Shown here piece by piece: positions 18,886 to 28,316 of a stretch of DNA of 64,000 bases. The position numbers and the translations under genes are program-made. The stretch is from an uncultured Bacteroidaceae bacterium. Lineage in GTDB: Bacteria > Bacteroidota > Bacteroidia > Bacteroidales > SM23-62. The stretch spans positions 4,868-68,867 of the forward strand of contig CAVVYS010000025.1 of the NCBI GenBank assembly GCA_963752525.1, written 5' to 3'. The notes under the pieces are model-generated. The model was not told where the DNA came from and did no database searches. It saw only the letters and a program-made list of their open reading frames with translations. Numbering within the stretch: position 1 is the stretch's first letter; every line of letters begins with the position of its first letter.

Positions 18886-19776
18886 TTAACAATCTGTGAT
18901 AACCGGAATGCTTTTACCATTATTAACCCTGTCCTGGAATTCAGTTGGTGTAATACTCTTGATTTTTTTGAACTGCCTGTTGAAATTCGAGATATTTTCA
19001 AATCCACAATCATAGGCAATCTCAGAGATGGTCAAAAAACCGTCAGTAAGGAGCCTGCAGGCATAGCCGACCCTTATCTTCAGTAAATAGCTTTTAAAGG
19101 ACATTCGGTATGTGGACTTAAAAGAAGCATAGAAGGCGGTATTGGACATGTTGGTGATTTCAAGAAGATCTTTGATCTCAATATGCTTCTGATAGTTTTG
19201 GAGAATAAAATCAAGTGCTTTACGCATCGGCTCATGGCCTTTAAGCATAACGGGTTCCAATGAAGTAGGACTGGAAAGGAAACGCTGATTCTCATAATCA
19301 GTGAGTGCCTGGAATATCATTAATAAACTGTATAAGCGTTCAGATGATCCCTGTTCCAGCATTTGGAGCATATGGTGTTTAATCCTGTTTTGGGATTCAT
19401 TACTTATCACAATTCCCCGTAATGAATTAGCCAGAACGTTTTTGAGAATGAAATTTTCCGGTAAATCAAAGAATTTTTTCCCCAAAAAATGATATAAAAA
19501 CTGTATCACGATGCCATCTCCCAAAAATCCTCCATCCTTTTTGAAATATTTTTGGTCACAAAGCCACTCATGGGGAAGATTTGGACCAATGAGGACCAGA
19601 TCATTTTCTTTAAACCGGTCGATATGATCTCCAACCATTCTTCTGCCCCGGCCCTTCCTTATCAGGACAAGCTCGTACTCCGGGTGGTAATGCCATCTTG
19701 TGAAAGGATTTCTTTCATGGTACAAAATAAATGAAGAGGTAGGTTCTTGAAGCAATCTGATCTCCTTTACTTTCAT
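18886..19776 (-). CDS. AraC-family transcriptional regulator (N-terminal cupin sensor + C-terminal HTH)
   Basis: 296 aa. The N-terminal WHYHPEYELVLI is a cupin-type motif. The C-terminal ISEIAYDCGFENISNFNRQFKKIKSITPTEF is an AraC HTH. Only 15 nt separate its stop from the next gene's start. Confidence 0.85.
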   Translation of the reverse strand: MKVKEIRLLQEPTSSFILYHERNPFTRWHYHPEYELVLIRKGRGRRMVGDHIDRFKENDLVLIGPNLPHEWLCDQKYFKKDGGFLGDGIVIQFLYHFLGKKFFDLPENFILKNVLANSLRGIVISNESQNRIKHHMLQMLEQGSSERLYSLLMIFQALTDYENQRFLSSPTSLEPVMLKGHEPMRKALDFILQNYQKHIEIKDLLEITNMSNTAFYASFKSTYRMSFKSYLLKIRVGYACRLLTDGFLTISEIAYDCGFENISNFNRQFKKIKSITPTEFQDRVNNGKSIPVITDC

Positions 19777-19936
19777 ATCAATAAACCTGGCATTTCAAAC
19801 TATATCCTGCAAGCCTAATATAACGAATTATGGGTAGTATAACAATTAACAAAAAAATCCAGTGCAATTTTTACGGCGATTCTGTGAAAATTATAACGGA
19901 AGGCCCGAACTCAGAGAAAACATATCAAAAATGTAA

Positions 19937-20239
19937 AATGGGGCAACCCCTGACAATGTAATGGTAACCGTAGCTGCCATTGAGGCGAACGCGGATATGG
20001 TTGTGGCTGACAGCATAGAACAATGTTTGGCCAGGGGTGAGATCTATAAGGCCATCCCAGCCGGTGATCTTAAAAAAGAAGGCCTTATCGAGCTTGGAAA
20101 TATTATCGGCGGCAAAGATAAAGGCAGGATTTCTGATCAACAGACCACGGTTACAGACCTGACCGGGGTGGCTGTCCAGGACATCAATATCGCCTCGCTG
20201 TATTCAGGGCATTTACCTCTTAAAAACCAAACAGGATAG
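19937..20239 (+). pseudogene. C-terminal relic of an ornithine cyclodeaminase/mu-crystallin family gene
   Basis: The frame opens directly after a stop at 19934-19936. GATPDNV...ADMVVADSIEQCLARGEI...TVTDLTGVAVQDINIA matches only the last ~100 aa of the family (GAD.PGK.E...VD....A...GE...F.S.G.A.QD). No Rossmann or N-terminal part lies upstream. Confidence 0.6.
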
Positions 20240-20254
20240 GGGTTCAGATTTTGA

Positions 20255-21187
20255 TTAATGCATTTCAGTTTCACAAACCCCAATGCCGTTCACATAGTAG
20301 TTAAACTGCACATTCGGATGGCCGGCGAGCAGGGACATAGGAACGGCCGAATCCATGATCTTTTTACTGATCATGAAAGCGGTTAATCTCTGTCCGAAGG
20401 GGTTATCATGTGTACCTGCCTGCCAGATGGATACCTTTTCGGCCTTCCATGTTTCCTGTGGACCCACAGTGATGGCCTGGGTCGGAATATTTGTCACTAC
20501 TCCCCCTCCGCTGGTCCTGGCATTCTGCATACAGGTTACGGGATGGAGATCCACTATCCTGGTACTCATCTTACGGTATTCCTCAGGAGAAGGTGGTTCA
20601 TCAGCATAAGCTCCCTCCCGTTTCAGGGGATCATTGAAAGCCCAGTGTTTAATATCTCCCTGACCACCCTGCATCACCATACAACGGACACCTTCATCAT
20701 AGCTTTTGCTGTAAATGCTGGTGTCGGCCTTTGGAAAATGCAGATTTTCTTCAGGCATTCTCAATTTCGGATTTATCCTTTCAAAACAAAGGTCCCGGTC
20801 GGCTTTCTCAAAGGAAAGAGGATGGGATGCATCCAGCTCTTTGCCATCCATGTACCATTCATCCATCCCCCAAAAATGGGCATTGGAAAGATCGAGTTCC
20901 AGTTCATTTACCAGCCTGGCTACCAGTGGGAGCTGTTCTGTGGGACCAATGGGTCCGCAAATCCCGGTAGGATTATCTGGGGTTGCCTGCTTCCAGGTGG
21001 TAATGTATTCCAGGGCTTCAGCCAGGTAAAAATCTTCCAGGGTATCATAAAACACGACCTTAAATCCGGGTCTTGAAAGCTGTTCCAGATCCTTGGCACT
21101 TAAACTGGCCACATCCTTCAGGAGGGCATCATCAAGGGTGGTAAAATCCCACCAGTCTTCTGCGAGCATACTTCTTTTTCTTGGCAT
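20255..21187 (-). CDS. glucosamine-6-phosphate deaminase/isomerase-like protein (NagB/6-phosphogluconolactonase superfamily)
   Basis: 310 aa with no signal peptide. The HFWGMDEW motif matches the NagB GxDE signature, and the N-terminal GICGPIGP is a phosphate-loop-like segment. Confidence 0.65.
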   Translation of the reverse strand: MPRKRSMLAEDWWDFTTLDDALLKDVASLSAKDLEQLSRPGFKVVFYDTLEDFYLAEALEYITTWKQATPDNPTGICGPIGPTEQLPLVARLVNELELDLSNAHFWGMDEWYMDGKELDASHPLSFEKADRDLCFERINPKLRMPEENLHFPKADTSIYSKSYDEGVRCMVMQGGQGDIKHWAFNDPLKREGAYADEPPSPEEYRKMSTRIVDLHPVTCMQNARTSGGGVVTNIPTQAITVGPQETWKAEKVSIWQAGTHDNPFGQRLTAFMISKKIMDSAVPMSLLAGHPNVQFNYYVNGIGVCETEMH

Positions 21188-21217
21188 GACAATTATTTAT
21201 TTTTTGGTTAACATATC

Positions 21218-21970
21218 TTATTCAACTATTACCAGTTCTCCTAATACCTCACGGAGAATATTTGTTTGAGGAAAACCATGTCCGAGATGCTGGTTAAATC
21301 CTTCGGCATACTGTACACCGATCTCCTTGCCACGCATCTCCCCGCCCCGTTTCATGGACATTATGTATTCATCCATCTTGTGGTGAGACATAAGCCAGTT
21401 CCGCTGGCTGGCATGGCATGCAAGCATTTCTTCCTTGGTCTTGATAACTTCGGAAATATCCACCTTTATGGACATTGGGAGAATCTTGCCAAAACGATCC
21501 TTTCCTTCCATAGCGTCGCCATAATAGAGGTGGGGGACATGTTCACCTGGTGGTTCATCGACTTCCATGTTCTTCATCCCCGCTGCGAAACAGGCAGTCT
21601 GAACGATTCTGCTGCTCATCTCATGATCCACCATATAGCATTGAGGGCTATGTGTAAATACCAGGTCCGGCTTAACCCTCCGGATCAAACCAGTCGTCCG
21701 GTTCAGAGAATCCCGGTTGTATAAAATATATACATCCTCCAATTCCAGGCAATGATAGGTACCCTGCAAAATCTCCGCAGCCCTGGCGGATTCTGCCTTC
21801 CTGATCCTGCTGATCTCCTCCCGGGTATGTTCCGCAGTTCCTTTGTCCCCCGGGGCCAGGCTCGCTATATGAATGTCCCAGCCCTTTTCAGACAGATGTG
21901 CAAATGTACCGGTGCATAGAAATTCTGCATCATCCGGGTGTGCGAATATACCCAATACCGTTTTGTTCAT
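21218..21970 (-). CDS. PIG-L/LmbE-family N-acetyl-sugar deacetylase
   Basis: GIFAHPDDAEF is the zinc-binding AHPDD motif of the family. 250 aa, cytoplasmic. Confidence 0.85.
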   Translation of the reverse strand: MNKTVLGIFAHPDDAEFLCTGTFAHLSEKGWDIHIASLAPGDKGTAEHTREEISRIRKAESARAAEILQGTYHCLELEDVYILYNRDSLNRTTGLIRRVKPDLVFTHSPQCYMVDHEMSSRIVQTACFAAGMKNMEVDEPPGEHVPHLYYGDAMEGKDRFGKILPMSIKVDISEVIKTKEEMLACHASQRNWLMSHHKMDEYIMSMKRGGEMRGKEIGVQYAEGFNQHLGHGFPQTNILREVLGELVIVE

Positions 21971-21979
21971 TTTGTTCTC

Positions 21980-23026
21980 TTAGCTTATTTGAATGGCTTT
22001 CCATGTTTTTGCAGACTCATAGCAGGCCGCCAGAATCTTTTGGTTGCGGACACCTATAGCTGCACTGTTAAGAGGCTTCCTGCCCTCAAGGATAGCATTA
22101 CTGAATTCCACGATCTCTGCCATATAGGTATTTACCGGTTCGGGACTGATGTTTAAAACATCTCCATCAGCTCTTTCCTGTTGTGCATCGTATCCGGCCG
22201 GAGCATTTTGAAGGGTGGCTTTCATTTCCCCTGCAGGTCCCTGGCCAATAGTCATATCAGCAAGGATGCTACCCTGTGAACCGTAGAGCTCAAGGCTGTT
22301 TCTAACGGAGTTATCAGGAACATTGAAAAGGTTGTCAACCGTTGCTATGGCCCCGTTCTTAAAGTAGAGCATGGCCACAGCGCTGTCTTCAGATTTATAG
22401 CCATGTACCTGGGTATTGGTAAAACAGCTAACCCGGTCAATCTCACCGAAAAACATTTCCAGCAGGTCAATGCAATGGCTGCCCATGTCCATGAGTGAGC
22501 CTCCTCCACCCAACTCGGGATCCTGCCTCCAGGCTCCATCCATAGGGGGATACCAGCAGGAAAGCTGTCCCCTTGCATAAACGGGTTTCCCGATGGCACC
22601 CTGTGCTATAAGTTTCAGGGCTTCCTTGTGCTGCTCAACAAACCTCATCATAAGGGCAGTGCCAAGAAGTACTTCTGCTGATTCACATGCACTTGCCATT
22701 TCTTCAGCTTCCTCAACATCGAGACCGAGAGGTTTTTCGCAAAGTATATGCTTCCCGGCTCTGGCACAGGCTACCACATGCTCCAGATGCTTGTTCACAG
22801 GTGAGGCTATGTATACAGCATCAATATCACTATCAAGGAGTTCTTCAATACTATTGGCAGCCGTGACGCCGATCTCATCAGCAACTTCTTTGTTTACGAC
22901 CGGATTCAGATCATATACTACCTGCAGGTCTGCATTTTCTGCAGGCACGATTCCCTCTGGGATGGTTCTTCTCCTGGCGATACCACCTGAGCCTATAACC
23001 CCCCATTTAATCTTTTTACTATCCAT
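21980..23026 (-). CDS. Gfo/Idh/MocA-family NAD(P)-dependent oxidoreductase (cytoplasmic)
   Basis: IKWGVIGSGGIARR Rossmann start and ILCEKPLG (EKP motif). 348 aa. Confidence 0.85.
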   Translation of the reverse strand: MDSKKIKWGVIGSGGIARRRTIPEGIVPAENADLQVVYDLNPVVNKEVADEIGVTAANSIEELLDSDIDAVYIASPVNKHLEHVVACARAGKHILCEKPLGLDVEEAEEMASACESAEVLLGTALMMRFVEQHKEALKLIAQGAIGKPVYARGQLSCWYPPMDGAWRQDPELGGGGSLMDMGSHCIDLLEMFFGEIDRVSCFTNTQVHGYKSEDSAVAMLYFKNGAIATVDNLFNVPDNSVRNSLELYGSQGSILADMTIGQGPAGEMKATLQNAPAGYDAQQERADGDVLNISPEPVNTYMAEIVEFSNAILEGRKPLNSAAIGVRNQKILAACYESAKTWKAIQIS

Positions 23027-23037
23027 ATGCTATAAAA

Positions 23038-24312
23038 TTATTTTGAGTATGCTAGTATAACCTTTCTAATGGCATCACCAATCTGTTCGCAATCCTCTTC
23101 CGTGAAGGTGGGGAAAGCAAAACAGGTAAAGGTATGGTCCTCATGCCATTTGGCATTGGGTACATCAACCTTTGAATAATCCACTGATGAAGGATTGGTA
23201 AATTCTTTCGAAACGAAAGGGAACCCACTGTTACCAAATGCATTGTGCTGCTGGAAGGCTCCTTCTGAATGGCATTGTGGCCAGAATACCTTCCATACCG
23301 GTGCGCCTTCAGCGGTAACTGCTTCCACAAACTCCCTGATATCACAGTTCATATTCTCAACATCAAGGGTGAAAGCCATAACAAACCAGCCGTTCCTTCT
23401 CTCATCCGTATCAATCGGAGTAAACAATACCTGTGGCATGTCCTTGATCTTGTCAATGATAATATGTGCATTTTTACGCCTGGTTGGCATATTCCAGTCA
23501 TCAATGCGTTCCAGCTCAGCCAGTCCGATGGCAGACTGCATTTCTGTCATTCTGTAATTCCATCCTACCATATTATGGATATAAGGTAGTTTCTGCTCTA
23601 GCTCAAGCAGACTGATGCGCTGTTTCACATCATAGCCATGATCTCTGAAACTCCTGGCAATCCAGGCAAAATCTTCATTATCCGTGGTAACCATTCCACC
23701 TTCCCCTCCTGTTGTGAATGTTTTGTTTTGGCAAAAACTACAGCCGGCTATATCACCAAGTGTACCTGTTTTTTTCCCATTGAAGGAACCGCCGTACGCT
23801 TCGGCATTGTCTTCAATAACAAAGAGATTGTGTTTTTTAGCAAATCTATTGACCTTGTCCATATCGCATACATTACCATAAAGGTGCACGGGCATGATGG
23901 CTTTGGTACGTTCATTAACGAGTTTCTCTGCCGACTCAACACTGATGCAATGGTCATCCTTGTTCACATCTGCAAAACGGGGAATGGCACCGGCCTGGAC
24001 TACAGAAAAACTGGAGGCAATGAAAGTATAGCTTGGTACGATCACCTCATCACCCGGTCCTATACCCAAGGATACCAGTCCCACATGAAGCGCAGCCGTA
24101 CCGGTAGCCACACTGATGGCATACTTGCTACCCTGCCATTCGGCAAACTTTTTCTCAAATTCCATTCCCCTGGGACCCGTCCAGTAATTTACCTTACCGG
24201 AATCCAGCACATCCTGTACAGCCTTTTTGGCTTTTTCATCGAAATTTGGCCAGCCTACCAATGCATTAGTCACTGCTTTCTGGCCACCTTTAATTGCTAA
24301 TTTTTCAGACAT
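23038..24312 (-). CDS. DegT/DnrJ/EryC1/StrS-family PLP-dependent sugar aminotransferase
   Basis: 424 aa. SFCQNKTFTTGGEGGM carries the family's PLP-lysine motif (SF..K....GEGG). An N-terminal YWTGP segment is also present. Confidence 0.85.
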   Translation of the reverse strand: MSEKLAIKGGQKAVTNALVGWPNFDEKAKKAVQDVLDSGKVNYWTGPRGMEFEKKFAEWQGSKYAISVATGTAALHVGLVSLGIGPGDEVIVPSYTFIASSFSVVQAGAIPRFADVNKDDHCISVESAEKLVNERTKAIMPVHLYGNVCDMDKVNRFAKKHNLFVIEDNAEAYGGSFNGKKTGTLGDIAGCSFCQNKTFTTGGEGGMVTTDNEDFAWIARSFRDHGYDVKQRISLLELEQKLPYIHNMVGWNYRMTEMQSAIGLAELERIDDWNMPTRRKNAHIIIDKIKDMPQVLFTPIDTDERRNGWFVMAFTLDVENMNCDIREFVEAVTAEGAPVWKVFWPQCHSEGAFQQHNAFGNSGFPFVSKEFTNPSSVDYSKVDVPNAKWHEDHTFTCFAFPTFTEEDCEQIGDAIRKVILAYSK

Positions 24313-24509
24313 AATTTATTCGAATTTTTATCGTGATTTGAAATTGAATTCTTTGAACCTCCAATGTTTTCTATAATCATGTTCAAATACAAAATTAATC
24401 TTATAAGCACAGCCTCCATAGTACTTTTCTACGGTTTCCTGATATTTAAAGTCTTAATATTGCTGCCCGGGCATTTCATAGGTTAATACTAATCATTCAC
24501 TTGATTGTA

Positions 24510-25583
24510 TTAATACCCCCCCTTCATGGAGCTGAGTAAGGATGATGCCGACCAGAGGAGTGCTGCCTGTCCGTGTGGATCTCCGGTCAGCCGGGGACGG
24601 TTCAGGTACCATTCACGGTCACCATAGCTTGTGCCGGCACAAACGTCCATGATCCTCCATTCCTCATCAATGTATTTCGATAAACCCTGCCAACCTTTCT
24701 CCACAGTATTGATATATGGTGTTGAAGGCAACAGGCCATACCTGATCCCCTCAATCATGGAAAACAAAAACATGCAGGTGCAGGATGACTCGGGCCAGCT
24801 TTCCTGATCATCGATTAGCTGATACCACATGCCTTCAGGACCCTGATATTTCACCAGGGCTTCCATCATCCTGTAATAATATGATAATACAAGATCTCGC
24901 TTCGGATGATCTACCGGCATAACATTCAGGAGTTCAACATAAGCAGCTGCACACCAACCGTTACCCCTTCCCCAGAAATGGGGAGCCTGTTCTACATTGT
25001 GGTAGAAAAGCCCTTCCTCCTGCATGAATTCTTCAGAATAAAACAATACCTGCTGAACAGCCCTATCAAGGTAAGTATCATCATCTGTACATGCATATGC
25101 CAGTGATTGCATGGCCGTGGCACCATATATATCATCGATATACATCCGGGAAGTGTAGGCTGGCATGCCGTTCTCATTCGGGTTAAAGAATTGTTCCTCA
25201 GCCATCTCTATCCCTCTCTTCAGGTAAGCTGGATTTTCTGTTTGCCTGTAGAGTTCCAGCGGAACAAAACCAAACCACTGATGGGGTGGATAGTCCCTTG
25301 CATTGTCCCTGTGCGGATTGACACCTTCGAGCAACTCTGGTTTAAACACTCTTTCGACCACCTCCCTCAGTGAATCCTTCCCGGTTGCAGCAGCGACTTT
25401 CAAAATTCCATAGGCTGCGCACATATTATGATAACCCATGCCATCCAGATTATTATCAAGGGACCATATAGCTGATTTCAGGGCTACTTCTTCAATTTCG
25501 TCCAGGTCAGCTTGTTTATTTCCAGAACAGGCAGAAACAGTGGCCAGGATAATCAAAATCAACCAGGTTGTAGTTTTTTTCAT
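24510..25583 (-). CDS. GH88/GH105-family unsaturated uronyl hydrolase, lipoprotein
   Basis: Lipobox (ATVSAC). YIDDIYG (catalytic Asp region) and WGRGNGWCAAAYVELL (family WxRxNGW motif). Confidence 0.8.
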   Translation of the reverse strand: MKKTTTWLILIILATVSACSGNKQADLDEIEEVALKSAIWSLDNNLDGMGYHNMCAAYGILKVAAATGKDSLREVVERVFKPELLEGVNPHRDNARDYPPHQWFGFVPLELYRQTENPAYLKRGIEMAEEQFFNPNENGMPAYTSRMYIDDIYGATAMQSLAYACTDDDTYLDRAVQQVLFYSEEFMQEEGLFYHNVEQAPHFWGRGNGWCAAAYVELLNVMPVDHPKRDLVLSYYYRMMEALVKYQGPEGMWYQLIDDQESWPESSCTCMFLFSMIEGIRYGLLPSTPYINTVEKGWQGLSKYIDEEWRIMDVCAGTSYGDREWYLNRPRLTGDPHGQAALLWSASSLLSSMKGGY

Positions 25584-25609
25584 AATTCATCTTGTAACTG
25601 ATAGATATG

Positions 25610-26887
25610 TCACGAAAAGCTTATAGCAGCACCTGCATGTGCATTCCTTCTCCGTAGCGCCAGTGTATAAAGAATGGTTGAATCTTCTTTCAATGCTGAC
25701 CGGGAGACAATGTCAAAATCCTGAGAATCAAAACTGGTTTCATGCTGGGTCCTGAATTTTACAGTAAGCCCATTCATGGCCTTTTCAGTACCCAGATTAT
25801 TGGCCTCTGAAAAATCCAGTTCGATTTTATTTTCTTCAATCCTGATCCCTGTGGTGATATGATGTATAAGTTGTTTCTGAAAATGTTCTGAGTTTTGGGC
25901 AAGCAGGGTTTCAAGCCTGTCATTATATGGTTTCAGAAGGGTTACCCAGCCCTGGACGATTTCCGTATTTCGTTCCGGGTTTTCATGAAGAAGATTTGGC
26001 CAATGCATCCCGCATGTGGGTCCCAGTATCTCACCCTCGGGAAGGGTGCCAATTACGTTCCAGTCTAGCAAGTCATTTCCCCTGTCTATCGTCAGGACAC
26101 CAGCATCCAATCCGAATACACCATTTTTTACTTTATCAACATTTTGCATTTTGTAAAACGGGGTGTTTATATAATTAATGCCATGTCTGCTAAGCAACTC
26201 GGCCAGGCTAATATGATTCTCACCTGTGGTTCCATAGCCATGGTTAAAGGCTGTGGGAACAAAAGACCCTGGAAAGGAGCCCAACCTGTTCTGCTGCATT
26301 ATCTTCTGGTAATAGTCCAGGTGTTTAAGGATATGCTCTGCCGGACGCATTGTTCCATCTGAAGTAGCCCATTCTGCCCTGGTCAATTTGCCCCCTAACC
26401 AGTATTCATGCCCTATACCGTGAACAGTAAACTCGAAATGGTCAGGGTTATTGCAGATCAGATCTGCTGCTTCATCAAGCCATGGACCAAGCCACTTGCC
26501 ATTGTCCCAGTTGGTCCCCATCCACGTACTCTCTGGCAGGTCACGAAGAACATTTTCCCTGTCCCATTCGCACAAAACCATGGCCGCCTGGGGGCATATT
26601 CCAAGGGACCTGCCAAGCTCGATGATGGCATTATAATCAGCGATCGTATGGTGGCGGCTAATACCTGTACGGAAAGGTTCCTGTTGTGCGCTTCCATCCC
26701 TGCCTGACCACCAGCCCACATCGTCAATAACCACCTGGATGGGTCTGGGAATGCAAACAGCATCACCTGATCGTGAAGAAATACCTGATATGGTCACGGC
26801 TGAGAGTTTATTTCCTGTTAGCCCCAGGCCAAACGTCGCAGCTATACCCGTAAGGGTTCTGATAAATCTTCGCCGGCCATATGGCAT
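25610..26887 (-). CDS. TAT-exported protein of unknown function (possible deacetylase-like fold)
   Basis: The start is placed at the internal ATG that gives MPYGRRRFIRTLTGIAATFG, a twin-arginine leader. VVIDDVGWW and HGIGHEYW could be metal/acid-base motifs. No family recognised. Confidence 0.5.
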   Translation of the reverse strand: MPYGRRRFIRTLTGIAATFGLGLTGNKLSAVTISGISSRSGDAVCIPRPIQVVIDDVGWWSGRDGSAQQEPFRTGISRHHTIADYNAIIELGRSLGICPQAAMVLCEWDRENVLRDLPESTWMGTNWDNGKWLGPWLDEAADLICNNPDHFEFTVHGIGHEYWLGGKLTRAEWATSDGTMRPAEHILKHLDYYQKIMQQNRLGSFPGSFVPTAFNHGYGTTGENHISLAELLSRHGINYINTPFYKMQNVDKVKNGVFGLDAGVLTIDRGNDLLDWNVIGTLPEGEILGPTCGMHWPNLLHENPERNTEIVQGWVTLLKPYNDRLETLLAQNSEHFQKQLIHHITTGIRIEENKIELDFSEANNLGTEKAMNGLTVKFRTQHETSFDSQDFDIVSRSALKEDSTILYTLALRRRNAHAGAAISFS

Positions 26888-27064
26888 ATTTTTTTGTCCT
26901 TTCAATAGCATACATTTCTTTCCAGAAATATACAAATCGAATTAAAAGTACTAAATCAATATTTAAGATCACAGGCAGGTAATATACAATCCTTGCATTA
27001 TTTGTATTTTGTACCTGAGAACAAATTAAATCCCATTCACTGCACAGTGATATTGAATAAAAAA

Positions 27065-28237
27065 ATGAAAGGAAAAGAACGGTTCAAAAAAGTATTTCAG
27101 GGTGAAATGCCTGACAGAGTACCCGTAACTCTTTTTATTGTTGAACAGGGACATTTTATCACCCAAATCTACCCTGATATTGATCCGTCTGACTACAAAA
27201 CGATGCAATTAAAAATAGTTGAATTTCAGAAAGAACTAGGTTGTGATGTTTTTATCCGTTTGGTTTTTGGAATCAATAATCCCATTTCTATACATTATGG
27301 AGGATTAAAAACAGATGTACAGTCAGAGAACTGGGAGGTAAAAACAAGCAGATCGAATAATGGAAACACCACCATCTATCATTCTGAAATAAGAACACCG
27401 GAAGGGTGCTTGACGCAGGATTTTTCCACTTTTGAATTGCGCCCGGGAACATTTATTTATTCATGCACAGATGCTCCAATTAAAACGCAAAAAGACCTAG
27501 ACCTGGCCATTAAATATGAACCAAAAATGGATCCTGCTTACCCCAATCAAATCAAAGAATGGTTAAAGGATATTGAAGAAGCAGTTGGAGATGATGGAAT
27601 TATTGGCTCATGGTCACCCCACGGCCCATTCAATAATGCTTCCATGTTAATTAATCAGAAAGATTTATACAGTCTTTTTCTTGCTGATTTTGATTTCTAT
27701 GACAGGCTGATGAATTTTGCCATGCATAGAGTATTGCCTTATGCAAGGGCCATAGAGGAAGCGGGTTTTGATGTTCAATGCGTTGGCGGGAATGTTCCTG
27801 GAGGCTTTTTAGGAAAGGATATATATGAAAACTATATCCTACCATATGAAAGAAGATACATAGATATTTTACAGCGAAAAGGAACTCCGGCAATGTATCA
27901 CAACTGCGGAGAAATCATGAACCTCATATCTTCTTATAAAAAGCTTGGAGTAAAAATAGTTGAGCCTTTTTCTCCTCCCCCACTGGGTGATGCGGATCTG
28001 AAAAAGGCCAAAGAAATGGTTGGGAAGGATTATGTTATATTGGGCGGGGTGGATCAGGTAAATGTTTTACAAAAAGGAACGCCCCGCCAAATCAGTGAGC
28101 AAACACGCAGAACAATGAATATTGGAAAGCCCGGAGGGAACTTTATTATTCAGTCTGCTGATTTTCTGGAATACGGAACCCCTGTAAAAAATGTTCGATC
28201 TTTTGTCAATACTGCCATTGAAGAAGCATGGTACTAA
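27065..28237 (+). CDS. URO-D superfamily protein, second copy
   Basis: The start is placed at MKGKERFKKVFQGEMPDRVPV, a typical URO-D-like N-terminus. The C-terminal MYHNCGE, VEPFSPPPLGD, ILGGVDQ and GGNFIIQSAD fit the fold. Confidence 0.7.
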   Translation: MKGKERFKKVFQGEMPDRVPVTLFIVEQGHFITQIYPDIDPSDYKTMQLKIVEFQKELGCDVFIRLVFGINNPISIHYGGLKTDVQSENWEVKTSRSNNGNTTIYHSEIRTPEGCLTQDFSTFELRPGTFIYSCTDAPIKTQKDLDLAIKYEPKMDPAYPNQIKEWLKDIEEAVGDDGIIGSWSPHGPFNNASMLINQKDLYSLFLADFDFYDRLMNFAMHRVLPYARAIEEAGFDVQCVGGNVPGGFLGKDIYENYILPYERRYIDILQRKGTPAMYHNCGEIMNLISSYKKLGVKIVEPFSPPPLGDADLKKAKEMVGKDYVILGGVDQVNVLQKGTPRQISEQTRRTMNIGKPGGNFIIQSADFLEYGTPVKNVRSFVNTAIEEAWY

Positions 28238-28316
28238 ACCAAACAAATTAATAACTTGAATAATATACTTAACTATCTTTAAGGGATAGAGAAATAATCT
28301 ATTAACACATCAAAAA

